Of a stretch of DNA of 64,000 nt, positions 9,638-18,538 are shown piece after piece; within the stretch, counting starts at the first letter, position 1, and every line of letters begins with the position of its first letter. The stretch comes from Phycisphaerae bacterium (lineage in GTDB: Bacteria; Planctomycetota; Phycisphaerae; UBA1845). The notes under the pieces were generated by a model. It saw only the letters and a list, made by a program, of their open reading frames with translations, did no database searches and was not told the origin of the DNA. A program made the position numbers and the translations under genes. Where the stretch lies: NCBI GenBank assembly GCA_022072505.1, contig JAJVHU010000037.1, forward strand, positions 52,773 to 116,772. The letters run 5' to 3'.

Positions 9638-10501
9638 TCATTGCGGACTGTTGATCCAGCCGTAGGGGCGGAACGTCCCGGAGCGCAGTTCAAGCCGGAA
9701 CCACTGATCGTCGAGCCCCTTGACGTAAACGTCGTTCGCCTCGAAATCCGCCGCCTCCCGCGTCACGTATTTTCCGCCCATCGGAGGCACAAAAAGATCG
9801 GCCCGCCCGTCCGTGAAGGCGACGTTGGCCCCTTTTGCGTGGCGCGTCTCAAGCTGATCCTGATTGCTCCACATCCCGTCGGTGGCGTTCTCGTTCCACC
9901 ACCGCGTGCTCTCCTCGACCATCGCGATCATCCCGTCGAACCTGCGCACCGGCACGTCCGCCGGAAGGATCGTCGGCGGCATGATGTTGACGGCGTAACG
10001 CTGCGGTTCGGAAAGATACGCCATCGTTTTCGGATTGCTCAGGCGTCCGCCCTGGAGGTTCATGACGAAGGTGTAATCAAAGTCCAGCGGCGCGTCCTTG
10101 TCGAACATGTTGTTGCCGGTGTCCCGGTCGGACGACCGCCGAAGGTTCGCGGGACACTCCGCGATCTCATCCACCTGGCTGACGTAGTCGTACAACAATC
10201 CGGGGCGCGGTCCGTCCGGTCCGGGGAGCCTCGCCCACGCCCCCCCGTATTGCGGCCAGCGCGTCACGTCCTCCGCGTTGACCGGCCAGACCTGATCGTC
10301 AAAATCCTGAGCATACAACATGAGGGCGTACGCGACTTGGCGGACATTCGATCGACAGGCGACGTTCTTCGCCGAGTCGCGGGCGCGCTTCAGCGACGGA
10401 ATCAGAATGCTGATGAGCAGCGCGATGATCGCGATCACGACGAGCAACTCGATCAGCGTGAACGCCGGTCCTCGCCCAGGTTGGCGGACTCGATTGCGCA
10501 T
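9638..10501 (-). CDS. Prepilin-type N-terminal cleavage/methylation protein with H-X9-DG motif (DUF1559-like)
   Basis: [27 protein letters not shown]; C-terminal HAKGANVAFTDG. Confidence 0.9.
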   Translation of the reverse strand: MRNRVRQPGRGPAFTLIELLVVIAIIALLISILIPSLKRARDSAKNVACRSNVRQVAYALMLYAQDFDDQVWPVNAEDVTRWPQYGGAWARLPGPDGPRPGLLYDYVSQVDEIAECPANLRRSSDRDTGNNMFDKDAPLDFDYTFVMNLQGGRLSNPKTMAYLSEPQRYAVNIMPPTILPADVPVRRFDGMIAMVEESTRWWNENATDGMWSNQDQLETRHAKGANVAFTDGRADLFVPPMGGKYVTREAADFEANDVYVKGLDDQWFRLELRSGTFRPYGWINSPQ

Positions 10502-10636
10502 GCATGATTATTACCGCGCGCTCGCCCGGACGACAAGAGAATTCGGGCGCCTTCGGGTTGATTCCGATCCGGGTGGGGGGATGATGTCGAAATGTGGACC
10601 TTGGCGGGGGCTTCGCATCACGGGACGCATGAAAGC

Positions 10637-11296
10637 ATGAAGCGTGGCATCGGTGCTGGGGGGCTGGCGGCGCTGGGCGGATGCGCCTGGTGGGCGGGAT
10701 GTGCGGCCCCTGCCGCCGTGAACGTCATGCCTGTCCGGTTGCAGAAACTCAGTCCTGCTTCCCCTCTCCTGCACGAGTACCGCCCCACCGCCTGCTACGC
10801 CTGGGGGAACGACGCCGGTGAATTATGCGTCGCAATGACCGTCCGCAAACGCGCGTTCCGCACGCCCTTCGACCAGGAGGAGTTCCACCTGTCGCTGGTT
10901 CTCGGTCCGCCCCCGGCCGGAGAGGGGCGGACCTACGTCGTGACGGAGCAGACCGTCCGCGCCCGGACCCGCGACGGCCTGACGCATACCCGTTTTGCAT
11001 CCCTGGAAGGCGTCGCCCTCGCCTGGAAGGACGGTCGAGGCGGTCTTGCGGGGCGTTTTCAGTTCCGCGGAATCGAGCAGTCTTACCTCGTCGTGATGGG
11101 CTGGACGAACACCCGCCAGATCCTCTGCGTCGGAGAATTCAAGGCCCGCTGGGATCGGGGGCGCGGCGAACCGATCCTAAGACATACGGAGAAGGACGGG
11201 ATGGCGCGCGATCAGAACCCGCGTTCCCGTCCTGCGCCGCGACCGGACGAGGGCGAGACCTCGTCGGGCCGCATCCCGGGGTCCGGAGTCAACTGA
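10637..11296 (+). CDS. Hypothetical lipoprotein
   Basis: ATG 10637 MKRGIGAGGLAALGGCAWWAGC, signal peptide with lipobox-like Cys; one nt before the next gene. Confidence 0.6.
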   Translation: MKRGIGAGGLAALGGCAWWAGCAAPAAVNVMPVRLQKLSPASPLLHEYRPTACYAWGNDAGELCVAMTVRKRAFRTPFDQEEFHLSLVLGPPPAGEGRTYVVTEQTVRARTRDGLTHTRFASLEGVALAWKDGRGGLAGRFQFRGIEQSYLVVMGWTNTRQILCVGEFKARWDRGRGEPILRHTEKDGMARDQNPRSRPAPRPDEGETSSGRIPGSGVN

Positions 11297-11297
11297 T

Positions 11298-12185
11298 ATG
11301 AAGCGAACGCTCGTCGTCATGCTCATCGGCGCCGTCGCGATCGGCGCCGCCGTCATGTACAAGCGCGGCGAACACACGCAGACCGTCAAGGCGGACATGC
11401 TGCGCATCCTCGGCGATGTCCGGGGCTCCGAGTTGGAGCAACGCTACCTTGCAGGGCTGGTCGAGCTGCACCACCCTGAAGTGTTCCGCGACGTCGCCGG
11501 GGGCGTCGATCATTCCCAGGTCCGGCGCGACGCCTACCTCGACGAAATGTTCAAGCGCCTCGTCCGCGACGCCCGCGACAACGCACGCTTCGCGCTGGCG
11601 ATGAAAGTCGAGCGCCTTCAGCGGCAGTACACCGGACCGAGAGATCCCCGCGGCGCCGACGACGAGGACGACGACGACCTGTCCAACCCCTGGGTCTGCC
11701 GCAATTGCGGCGCCGGCGCAAGGCTCACCGCCGAGCAGGTGGACGCCCTCGCCGCGAAGACGAAGGCGTTCGAGAAGGATCGCGCCGAGGACGGAACCGC
11801 GCCGGACCGTGAGGCGCGCACCCTTCTCTGCGAAGCCTGCAACACCCTCGGCTTCACGCCCGCGCGGAACTGCATCTCCTGCGGCGAGCCTTTTCTGCTC
11901 GACGCCGCCACGATCGGAGCGATCTGTCACAAGTGCGACCTGACGCACTGGGCGTGTGAGGCGCCCGGGTGCGGACACGGGTTCACCCTCACGCTGCACG
12001 AGTTGTTCAAGTCCGGCAAGTACGACGACGGCGTGCGATGTCCGAAGTGCGGAAAGGGCGAGTGCCGCCGCTCGCATCAGTGTCATGCCTGCCGGGGCAT
12101 GATCCCGATCGTCGGCCACGGCGACCTCCCGGATCATTGCCCGCACTGCAACGTCCGCGTCTTCATTCCCCGTCCCGGAGGGTGA
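11298..12185 (+). CDS. Membrane-anchored protein with Cys-rich multi-CxxC C-terminal domain
   Basis: N-terminal hydrophobic helix; CRNC, CEAC, CISC, CHKC, CEAPGC, CPKC, CHAC, CPHC. Confidence 0.75.
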   Translation: MKRTLVVMLIGAVAIGAAVMYKRGEHTQTVKADMLRILGDVRGSELEQRYLAGLVELHHPEVFRDVAGGVDHSQVRRDAYLDEMFKRLVRDARDNARFALAMKVERLQRQYTGPRDPRGADDEDDDDLSNPWVCRNCGAGARLTAEQVDALAAKTKAFEKDRAEDGTAPDREARTLLCEACNTLGFTPARNCISCGEPFLLDAATIGAICHKCDLTHWACEAPGCGHGFTLTLHELFKSGKYDDGVRCPKCGKGECRRSHQCHACRGMIPIVGHGDLPDHCPHCNVRVFIPRPGG

Positions 12186-13581
12186 CGCGCTGTTCTTCCT
12201 GGTTCGTGCCCTGCTTTGTCAGAACCCGGTAGGTAAGATCCTTCTTCTCGCCCGGCGCGACGGTCGCGGCGAACTGCACGGTGCGGAAATCGTGCGGCGT
12301 CGGGCTCAGCGTGCTGTGAAAGATCACGTCGCCGTTGAACGCCCGCCGGAACTCGACGTCGATCGGCTGGCCGCGGTAGTTGCGGATGCGGTCGGTCCAG
12401 ACCTGGTGCTCGTCCCAGCCGCAGACCTGGTCTTTGACCTCGATCTTGTGGCCCTGCCCCGGGCTGAACCGCACGTCCACCCCGGCGCGGCTGAACCAGA
12501 GGTTGTCGCGGTAGCTCCGCAGCGGGAGTTGCTCGTGAATGACTTCCGGATCAGGCCCGAGGTTCAACTCGATCTCCTGGCCGATCGGGACATATTTGAT
12601 GCTCTGGTGGGTAAGAACCGACAATCCATCGCGGCCGTTGTCCTTGAGCAGGCGAACAAACCCGTCCGGCAAAGGCGTCGTGCCCAGGTTGCTGGCTTCG
12701 TCGTTGCGGAGGATGAACAACCGCACAAGCTGGTCGCCGTATTCCTCCGGGCGGTAGCGATATTGAATGCGGAAAGGCGCGTCAGCCCCCGCAAAAAGGC
12801 GCAACCGCTTCGACCAGGTGTTGCGGATCGTTTCCGTGCCCTCCACCGTGTAAATGAAATACTCGGACAGGCCTTCCTTGATGATTTTCTTGGGTTCGCC
12901 AGGCGCCTCGGCCTCAGCGTAGCCCAGCGCTTGCATTGCCTTGTTCGAGGCGGGTTTCTTCGCTTTCTCCCCCAACTCCGCCACCCGCCGACGCCCGGCG
13001 CGATACTCGTCGGCGTCGTGCTCTGAGATGATCCCCTCTCGTGCGAGTTGCGCGATCGTCTCCACGAGATTGATGGTCCCGACGACGAGACGCACCTGGG
13101 CATTCTCGTAATCCTCCCCGGAGTGGTTGATGATGCGCACGAAGCCGTCGAACGAGGTTTTCGTCTCCTCCAGGTTGCTGACGCACGCGTAATCCGCCGC
13201 CCACGACAGCCCGCTGGTGAAGTACGTGATCTCGACCGTCGCGTCGCCGTCGAGCGCGCTGCGGACGCTCCAGGTGAGCATCTGCGGCTTGTCGTGCGGA
13301 AAGGTCGTGTCGAGGAGTTCGAGGTTGTCGGCCTGCGTTTTGAAGCGCAGTTGCACGCTGCTGGGGTCGATGAGCGTGTTGGCCCAGGAGAACTGGAGCG
13401 GGTTGACGCCCGGCTTGAAGGTGACGGTGCGCGTCTCGCGGACGAGCGTGAGATCCTCGCTGTTGTAGATCGTCAGTTGCACCGTGTCGCGCGGCGGAAC
13501 GGTCGAGAGATCGACGTTCTGCTGCGCGTCAGCGCGGGCCGCGACCGGAACCAGCATCCACGCAAGACACTTTCGCATCAT
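12163..13581 (-). CDS. Secreted DUF4139/DUF4140-like protein (paralogue 3)
   Basis: Signal peptide; VQLTIYNSEDLTLVRE, YFTSGLSWAADY, NHSGEDYENAQVRLVVG, LGTTPLPDGFVR. Confidence 0.8.
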   Translation of the reverse strand: MMRKCLAWMLVPVAARADAQQNVDLSTVPPRDTVQLTIYNSEDLTLVRETRTVTFKPGVNPLQFSWANTLIDPSSVQLRFKTQADNLELLDTTFPHDKPQMLTWSVRSALDGDATVEITYFTSGLSWAADYACVSNLEETKTSFDGFVRIINHSGEDYENAQVRLVVGTINLVETIAQLAREGIISEHDADEYRAGRRRVAELGEKAKKPASNKAMQALGYAEAEAPGEPKKIIKEGLSEYFIYTVEGTETIRNTWSKRLRLFAGADAPFRIQYRYRPEEYGDQLVRLFILRNDEASNLGTTPLPDGFVRLLKDNGRDGLSVLTHQSIKYVPIGQEIELNLGPDPEVIHEQLPLRSYRDNLWFSRAGVDVRFSPGQGHKIEVKDQVCGWDEHQVWTDRIRNYRGQPIDVEFRRAFNGDVIFHSTLSPTPHDFRTVQFAATVAPGEKKDLTYRVLTKQGTNQEEQRVTLRDGE

Positions 13582-13611
13582 GACATTCCCCTGACGACGG
13601 ATCGGGTCCGC

Positions 13612-15021
13612 CTACTCCCCCGCCTCCAGCACGACGTGCTGCTCTTTCTGGTTGTAACCGGATTTCGTGGTGACTCGGTATTGAAGATCCTTCTTTTCGC
13701 CAGGCGCGATCGTCGCGTTGAACTGCACGGTGCGGTAGTCGTGAAGCGCGGGGTTCAACGGGCTGCGGAAAACGATGTCGCCGTCGAACGAACGCCGGAA
13801 CTCGACGTTGATCGGCTTGTCCCGGTAGTTGCGGATGCGGTCCGTCCAGACCTGGTGCTCGTCCCAGCCGATGACCTGGTCGTTGACTTCGATCTTGTGC
13901 CCCTGCGTCGGACTGTAACGCACGTTCACCCCGCTGCGGCTGAACCACAAATTGTCGCGGAAGGACCGCAGCAGCACCCACTCATGTATGACTTCGGGGT
14001 CGGGACCGAGGTTAAGCTCGATCTCCTGTCCGACGGGCACGTACTTGATCGTCTGCTGCGCAAGGAGGGACAGGCCGTCCCGGTTGTTGTCTTTGAAAAG
14101 CCGGACCACGCCGTCGGGCAGCGGCGTCCCGCCCAGTCCGCTCGCCTCGTCATTGCGGAGGATGAACAACCGGACGAGCTGCGCTCCGTATTCTTCGGGG
14201 CGGTAGCGGTAGCGAACGTCAAACGGGGCGTCTGTCCCGGTGAACAACCGCATCCGCTTTGACCAGGTGTTCCGGATCGTCTCCGTCCCCTCGATGGTGT
14301 AGATGAAGTACTCCGACAGCCCCTCCTTGACGATCTCCTTCGGAGCGGCGGATTCGGCGGCCGCAAAACCCGCGGTCACGGCGTCCTGAAGTTCGGCCCT
14401 CGCCCTGGCCGGCGCTCGCAGCACCCCCCCTCCCCGCTCCATCTGGTTCCGATCCTGCTCGGAGATGACGCCCCGGCGGGCGAGATCGGCGATCTTCTCG
14501 ACGAGGTTGATCGTGCCGACGACGAGACGCACCTGCGCATTCTCATAATCCTCGCCGGAGTTGTTGTAAATGCGGACAAACCCGTCGAACGACATCTTGC
14601 CCTCCGCGGGATCGCTCACGCAGACGTAGTCCGCCGCCCACGACAGCCCGCTGGTGAAGTACGTGATCTCCACCGACGCGTCGCCGTCCATCCCACTGCG
14701 GACGTTCCACGTCAATTGTTGCGGTTTGTCATGCGGAAACGTGGTGTCAAGAAGCTCCAGTTGATCGGCGCGGGTCTTGAAGCGCAGTTGCACGCTGGTG
14801 GAGTCGATCAGGGTGTTCGCCCACGAAAACTGGAGCGGGTTGACGCCCTGCCTGAAGGTCACTGTCCGGATCTCGCGGACCAGCGTGAGGTCTTCGCTGT
14901 TGTAGATCGTCAGTTGAACCGTGTCGCGCGGCGGAACCGTGGACAGATCCACGTTCCGCTGGGCGACGACGGGCGCCGCGATCATCGCGGTCAGCGTCAA
15001 GGCAAACGTGCGGGTTATCAT
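13612..15021 (-). CDS. Secreted DUF4139/DUF4140-like protein (paralogue 2)
   Basis: Start reassigned to ATG 15021 (MITRTFALTL, GGAG upstream); very similar to 12163..13581. Confidence 0.8.
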   Translation of the reverse strand: MITRTFALTLTAMIAAPVVAQRNVDLSTVPPRDTVQLTIYNSEDLTLVREIRTVTFRQGVNPLQFSWANTLIDSTSVQLRFKTRADQLELLDTTFPHDKPQQLTWNVRSGMDGDASVEITYFTSGLSWAADYVCVSDPAEGKMSFDGFVRIYNNSGEDYENAQVRLVVGTINLVEKIADLARRGVISEQDRNQMERGGGVLRAPARARAELQDAVTAGFAAAESAAPKEIVKEGLSEYFIYTIEGTETIRNTWSKRMRLFTGTDAPFDVRYRYRPEEYGAQLVRLFILRNDEASGLGGTPLPDGVVRLFKDNNRDGLSLLAQQTIKYVPVGQEIELNLGPDPEVIHEWVLLRSFRDNLWFSRSGVNVRYSPTQGHKIEVNDQVIGWDEHQVWTDRIRNYRDKPINVEFRRSFDGDIVFRSPLNPALHDYRTVQFNATIAPGEKKDLQYRVTTKSGYNQKEQHVVLEAGE

Positions 15022-15040
15022 CGCAATAAGCTCCCGGGAT

Positions 15041-15057
15041 GGCGGGCAAAGCCCGCC
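15041..15057. repeat. Small REP-like palindrome
   Basis: GGCGGGC-AAA-GCCCGCC perfect hairpin in the intergenic gap between DUF4139 genes. Confidence 0.45.
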
Positions 15058-15109
15058 CTGCGTGGGTCGTTTCAATGTCCTGGCGTTCTGAGGCGGCGTC
15101 TCGGCGCTT

Positions 15110-16315
15110 CTACCACTCATTTTTGATGAGGACGTGCAGTTCCTGCGTCGCTTTCACGGCTTTCTGGTCCCCTCCGCGGGCGGGAAGCGGAACGTGGAAA
15201 AGCAGCCGGTCGGCGGTGGACTTCTCCTTGTCGAGCATCTCCGCCATCGGAGTGTCCTTGACCAGCTCGAATTCGACGTTGCGGCCCGTGTCGCGGCCGA
15301 GGATTTCCCGCCGCAGCGACTGCATCGACTCGGCGATGTCAAGCACCACCGGCGCGTCCTTGAAGTTCTCAATTTCGTACTTGACGACCACATCGTAGTG
15401 GTAAAGATTCCCGAGCACGCGGTTCTGGTCGCGCCGGGCGATCGTGCGCTTGACGACGACGTCCTTCGCGACGCCCAGGTAAAGGCGCACTTCGTCGTCG
15501 CGCGGAGTGAACTTCAGCCAGTCTTCTCCGAGAAACGCCGTGGTTCCGCGCCCGTCATCCTGGTAGACGCGAGCTTTCCCGTACATGAACGGAAACTTCC
15601 CCAGGGCGTTGGCCGAGTCGTTCTTCAGCAGATAATGCATCGGCACCCGGAGTTGCTTCTTGCCTTCGTCAAGGTAGCCGAACTCGGAGAGGTCCGCGGT
15701 GTACACCTTGCGCACCGGGACGTTCTCGAACTTCGCGGACAGAAGCTGCTTCGTCTCATTGATGCCGATCGGGCGCTCGAAGCGCTCGCCGAACCCAGGC
15801 CACATTCCCGCGTCTCCGAAGGTTTCGTTCGCGCGGTTGTGAAGCAGGACGTATTGCCGGAGCGTCAGCGACTTCTCGTCGTTGGCCGCTGTCGCCTCGT
15901 AGGCGAACGACTTGTCAAGCTGCCCGATCAGGTAGCTGATGCGCACCCGCGCGGACCCCGCCTTCGGCGACGCCACCTGCCACGTCAGCGCGTTCTCGTT
16001 CGGGGGGTAGGAGACGGAGAGCACCCGGACGTTCTCCGGGTCGGACAGCGGCCGGAACTGAATGCTTTCCTTGTCGATCTGCGTGTTCGCCCAGGCGAAA
16101 ACGACCTCGTTCACGCCGGCGTTCAGCGGGACGACCCGCTCTTCCTCGACGAGCGTGACGTTCGGATGATCAAGCTGGATCTCAACGCGTTCACGCGGCG
16201 GCAGCGTGATCAACTTGATTCCGGCGTCCGCGTCGCGTGCCGCAAGCATTCCGGCGATGACGCATGCGGCGGCGGCGACTCGGCTGGGCTTCATGAATCC
16301 GGGATGAACGCTCAT
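15110..16315 (-). CDS. Secreted DUF4139-like protein (divergent paralogue 1)
   Basis: Signal peptide; TLVEEER..L..GVNEVVFAWANTQID, LGKFPFMYGKARVYQDDG..FLGED; AGGAG RBS. Confidence 0.78.
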   Translation of the reverse strand: MSVHPGFMKPSRVAAAACVIAGMLAARDADAGIKLITLPPRERVEIQLDHPNVTLVEEERVVPLNAGVNEVVFAWANTQIDKESIQFRPLSDPENVRVLSVSYPPNENALTWQVASPKAGSARVRISYLIGQLDKSFAYEATAANDEKSLTLRQYVLLHNRANETFGDAGMWPGFGERFERPIGINETKQLLSAKFENVPVRKVYTADLSEFGYLDEGKKQLRVPMHYLLKNDSANALGKFPFMYGKARVYQDDGRGTTAFLGEDWLKFTPRDDEVRLYLGVAKDVVVKRTIARRDQNRVLGNLYHYDVVVKYEIENFKDAPVVLDIAESMQSLRREILGRDTGRNVEFELVKDTPMAEMLDKEKSTADRLLFHVPLPARGGDQKAVKATQELHVLIKNEW

Positions 16316-16479
16316 TCTGGTTTCTCCTGTGACGGCGGATCAGCCTTCGGTTCTCGTGCGGTTAGTCGCACATCGCGCCAAGTAGTTCCGCGCCCGTATT
16401 TCTTAACGTCGTGGGTCCAGGGTTATTTGACGGTCCGGGGCTCGCCGGTCCCGGCGTCCCCGGCCCCGCTCGCCTCGGG

Positions 16480-17610
16480 TCATTTTCGGCGCTGCCGCGT
16501 CAACGCCTCGCGGACGATCCGCACGGCGTCCTCGACCTCTTCCGCGGTTGTAAACCGGGACAGGCTGAAACGCACGGCGCCGCGGGCGTCACGCGCGCTC
16601 ATCCCCGTCGCCAGCAGCGCGGGAGAAGGATCGAGCGACCCGCTGCCGCAGGCGCTCCCCGCGGATGCACACAACCCGGCTTCGCTCAGCAGCAGCAGGA
16701 GCGCCTCGCCGTCGATCCCCGGGAACACAATTGTCGTCGTGTTGCCGACACGCGGCGCGCCTCCGCCCACCGCCCGTGCGCCGGGAACCAGCGCGACCAG
16801 CCGCGCTTCAAGCTCGCCGGTCAGCGCCGTGACGCGGGCGTGACACTCGCTCATCTCTCGCAGCGCGTGCTCCGCCGCGACTCCGAAGCCAACGATCCCC
16901 GCGACGTTCTCCGTCCCGCACCGCAGATCGCCCTCCTGCCCCCCGCCGGCGACCAAGGCCCGCAGCGCCGACCGATCCGCGACGTACAACGCTCCCACGC
17001 CCTTCGGACCGTGCAGCTTGTGCGCTGAGACGCTGAGGAAGTCGATCGGCCACGCGGCGCAGCTCAGCGCCAGTTTCCCCGCGGATTGCACGGCGTCCAC
17101 GTGAACCCGCGCCCCGAGTTCGCGCGCCACCGGAGCGAGTTCGGCAATCTCCTCGATCGTCCCGGTCTCCGTGTTGACGTGCGTGAGGCTGACCAGCGCC
17201 GTCCGCTCGTCGAGCGCGGCGGCGAACGCCGCGCGATCCAGCCGCGCGTCGGCGTCCACCGGCGCCCGCACGATTTCGCACCCCTCCGGCGCGCGCGCCT
17301 CCGCTGCACCGATCACGGCAGCATGATCGGCAGCGCCGATCACGATGCGCCGCCGCGCCGGAGACAGGACCAGCCCCCTCAGCGCGAGATTAATGCTCTC
17401 CGTGCCGCCCGAAGTGAACACAACCTGCCCCGGCGCCGCTCCGAGCAGCGTCGCCACCTGTCGCCGCGCCGTCTCCACCGCAAACCGGGCCCGCTGCCCC
17501 TCCCGGTGCGTGCTCGACGGGTTGCCGTAATGCTCGCGCCACCACGGCTGCATCGCCTCGACAACTTCAGGCAGCGGCGGCATCGTCGCGTTGTTGTCGA
17601 GGTAAATCAT
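16480..17610 (-). CDS. Cysteine desulfurase (IscS/NifS family)
   Basis: MIYLDNNAT (ATG 17610), GNPSS.H, FTSGGTES, HVDAVQ, SAHKLHGPKGVG, SAGSAC; ATGA overlap with rsmA stop. Confidence 0.92.
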   Translation of the reverse strand: MIYLDNNATMPPLPEVVEAMQPWWREHYGNPSSTHREGQRARFAVETARRQVATLLGAAPGQVVFTSGGTESINLALRGLVLSPARRRIVIGAADHAAVIGAAEARAPEGCEIVRAPVDADARLDRAAFAAALDERTALVSLTHVNTETGTIEEIAELAPVARELGARVHVDAVQSAGKLALSCAAWPIDFLSVSAHKLHGPKGVGALYVADRSALRALVAGGGQEGDLRCGTENVAGIVGFGVAAEHALREMSECHARVTALTGELEARLVALVPGARAVGGGAPRVGNTTTIVFPGIDGEALLLLLSEAGLCASAGSACGSGSLDPSPALLATGMSARDARGAVRFSLSRFTTAEEVEDAVRIVREALTRQRRK

Positions 17611-18506
17611 AAAGCCTTGAGGATTTGCACCCACTCCGCCGGTTCGACGTCTTCCGGTCGGCGCGTCAGGTCGAACGCCGCCGCCAGCTTCGCCACCCCT
17701 TCCGCGCCCACGACGTACCCCAGCGCCGAACGCAACGTCTTGCGGCGGTGCTCGAATGCGCCGCGGACGAGCCGCGCCAGCGCCCCCCGCTCCTGCGGCG
17801 GGATCAACGCCTCCTCGCGCACGTCGGCCCGGAGCATGACCGACTCCACCTTCGGCGCGGGCCAGAACGCCGAGGCCGGAACCCGCGCGACCAGCCGAAT
17901 GTCGCAGCAGACCTGCATCATGACGCTGACCGGTCCCAAGTCCCGACTCCCCGGCGCAGCGAGGATCCGATCGCCCACCTCCGCCTGCACGGTGAAGCAC
18001 ATCCGGGACATCTCGGGCATTTCCAGCAGCAGGTTCATGACCAGCGGCGTGGCGATCTGATACGGAAGGTTCGCCGCCAGCATCATCCGCCCGCGGGCGC
18101 CTCCGCACGCATGACGGAGGGAGGCGACGACTTCGGCGTTCAACCGGTTCTTCCCTTTGAGAGCGTCCGTCGTGAGGATGCGCACACGACCGTGATCCGC
18201 GAACCGGCGCGTCAGCAGCGCCGCAAGGTCGCGGTCCAACTCGACGCACACCACCGAGGCCCCGCTGGAGGACAGCAGGTCGGTCAGCCCGCCCGTCCCG
18301 CCGCCGACCTCGAGCACCACGTCCTGCGCGGAGATTTCCGCCGACTCCGCCAGCCTGCGCATCAGGTTACCGTCGATCAGAAAGTTCTGCCCGAAGCGCT
18401 TGCGCGGACGCAAACCCCCGGCGGTCAACACTTCAAGGATGTCGGACTTCGTTTGTACACGCGTCGGCATGTGCGGCGTCTGCGAGAGGAATGTCGGCGT
18501 CGTCAT
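17607..18506 (-). CDS. rsmA: 16S rRNA adenine dimethyltransferase
   Basis: RKRFGQNFLID, VLEVGGGTG, ANLPYQIATP, FWPAPKVES; start 18506 or 18470. Confidence 0.93.
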   Translation of the reverse strand: MTTPTFLSQTPHMPTRVQTKSDILEVLTAGGLRPRKRFGQNFLIDGNLMRRLAESAEISAQDVVLEVGGGTGGLTDLLSSSGASVVCVELDRDLAALLTRRFADHGRVRILTTDALKGKNRLNAEVVASLRHACGGARGRMMLAANLPYQIATPLVMNLLLEMPEMSRMCFTVQAEVGDRILAAPGSRDLGPVSVMMQVCCDIRLVARVPASAFWPAPKVESVMLRADVREEALIPPQERGALARLVRGAFEHRRKTLRSALGYVVGAEGVAKLAAAFDLTRRPEDVEPAEWVQILKAL

Positions 18507-18538
18507 TGTCGGGTCGCTTTCGCCGGATGACAAGACCG

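Noticed and set aside
11690-12160. Multiheme cytochrome c
   Set aside because: None of the CxxC pairs is followed directly by His
16480-18249. 589-aa extended cysteine desulfurase
   Set aside because: The extension overlaps rsmA in another frame; the canonical MIYLDNNAT start at 17610 has an ATGA coupling
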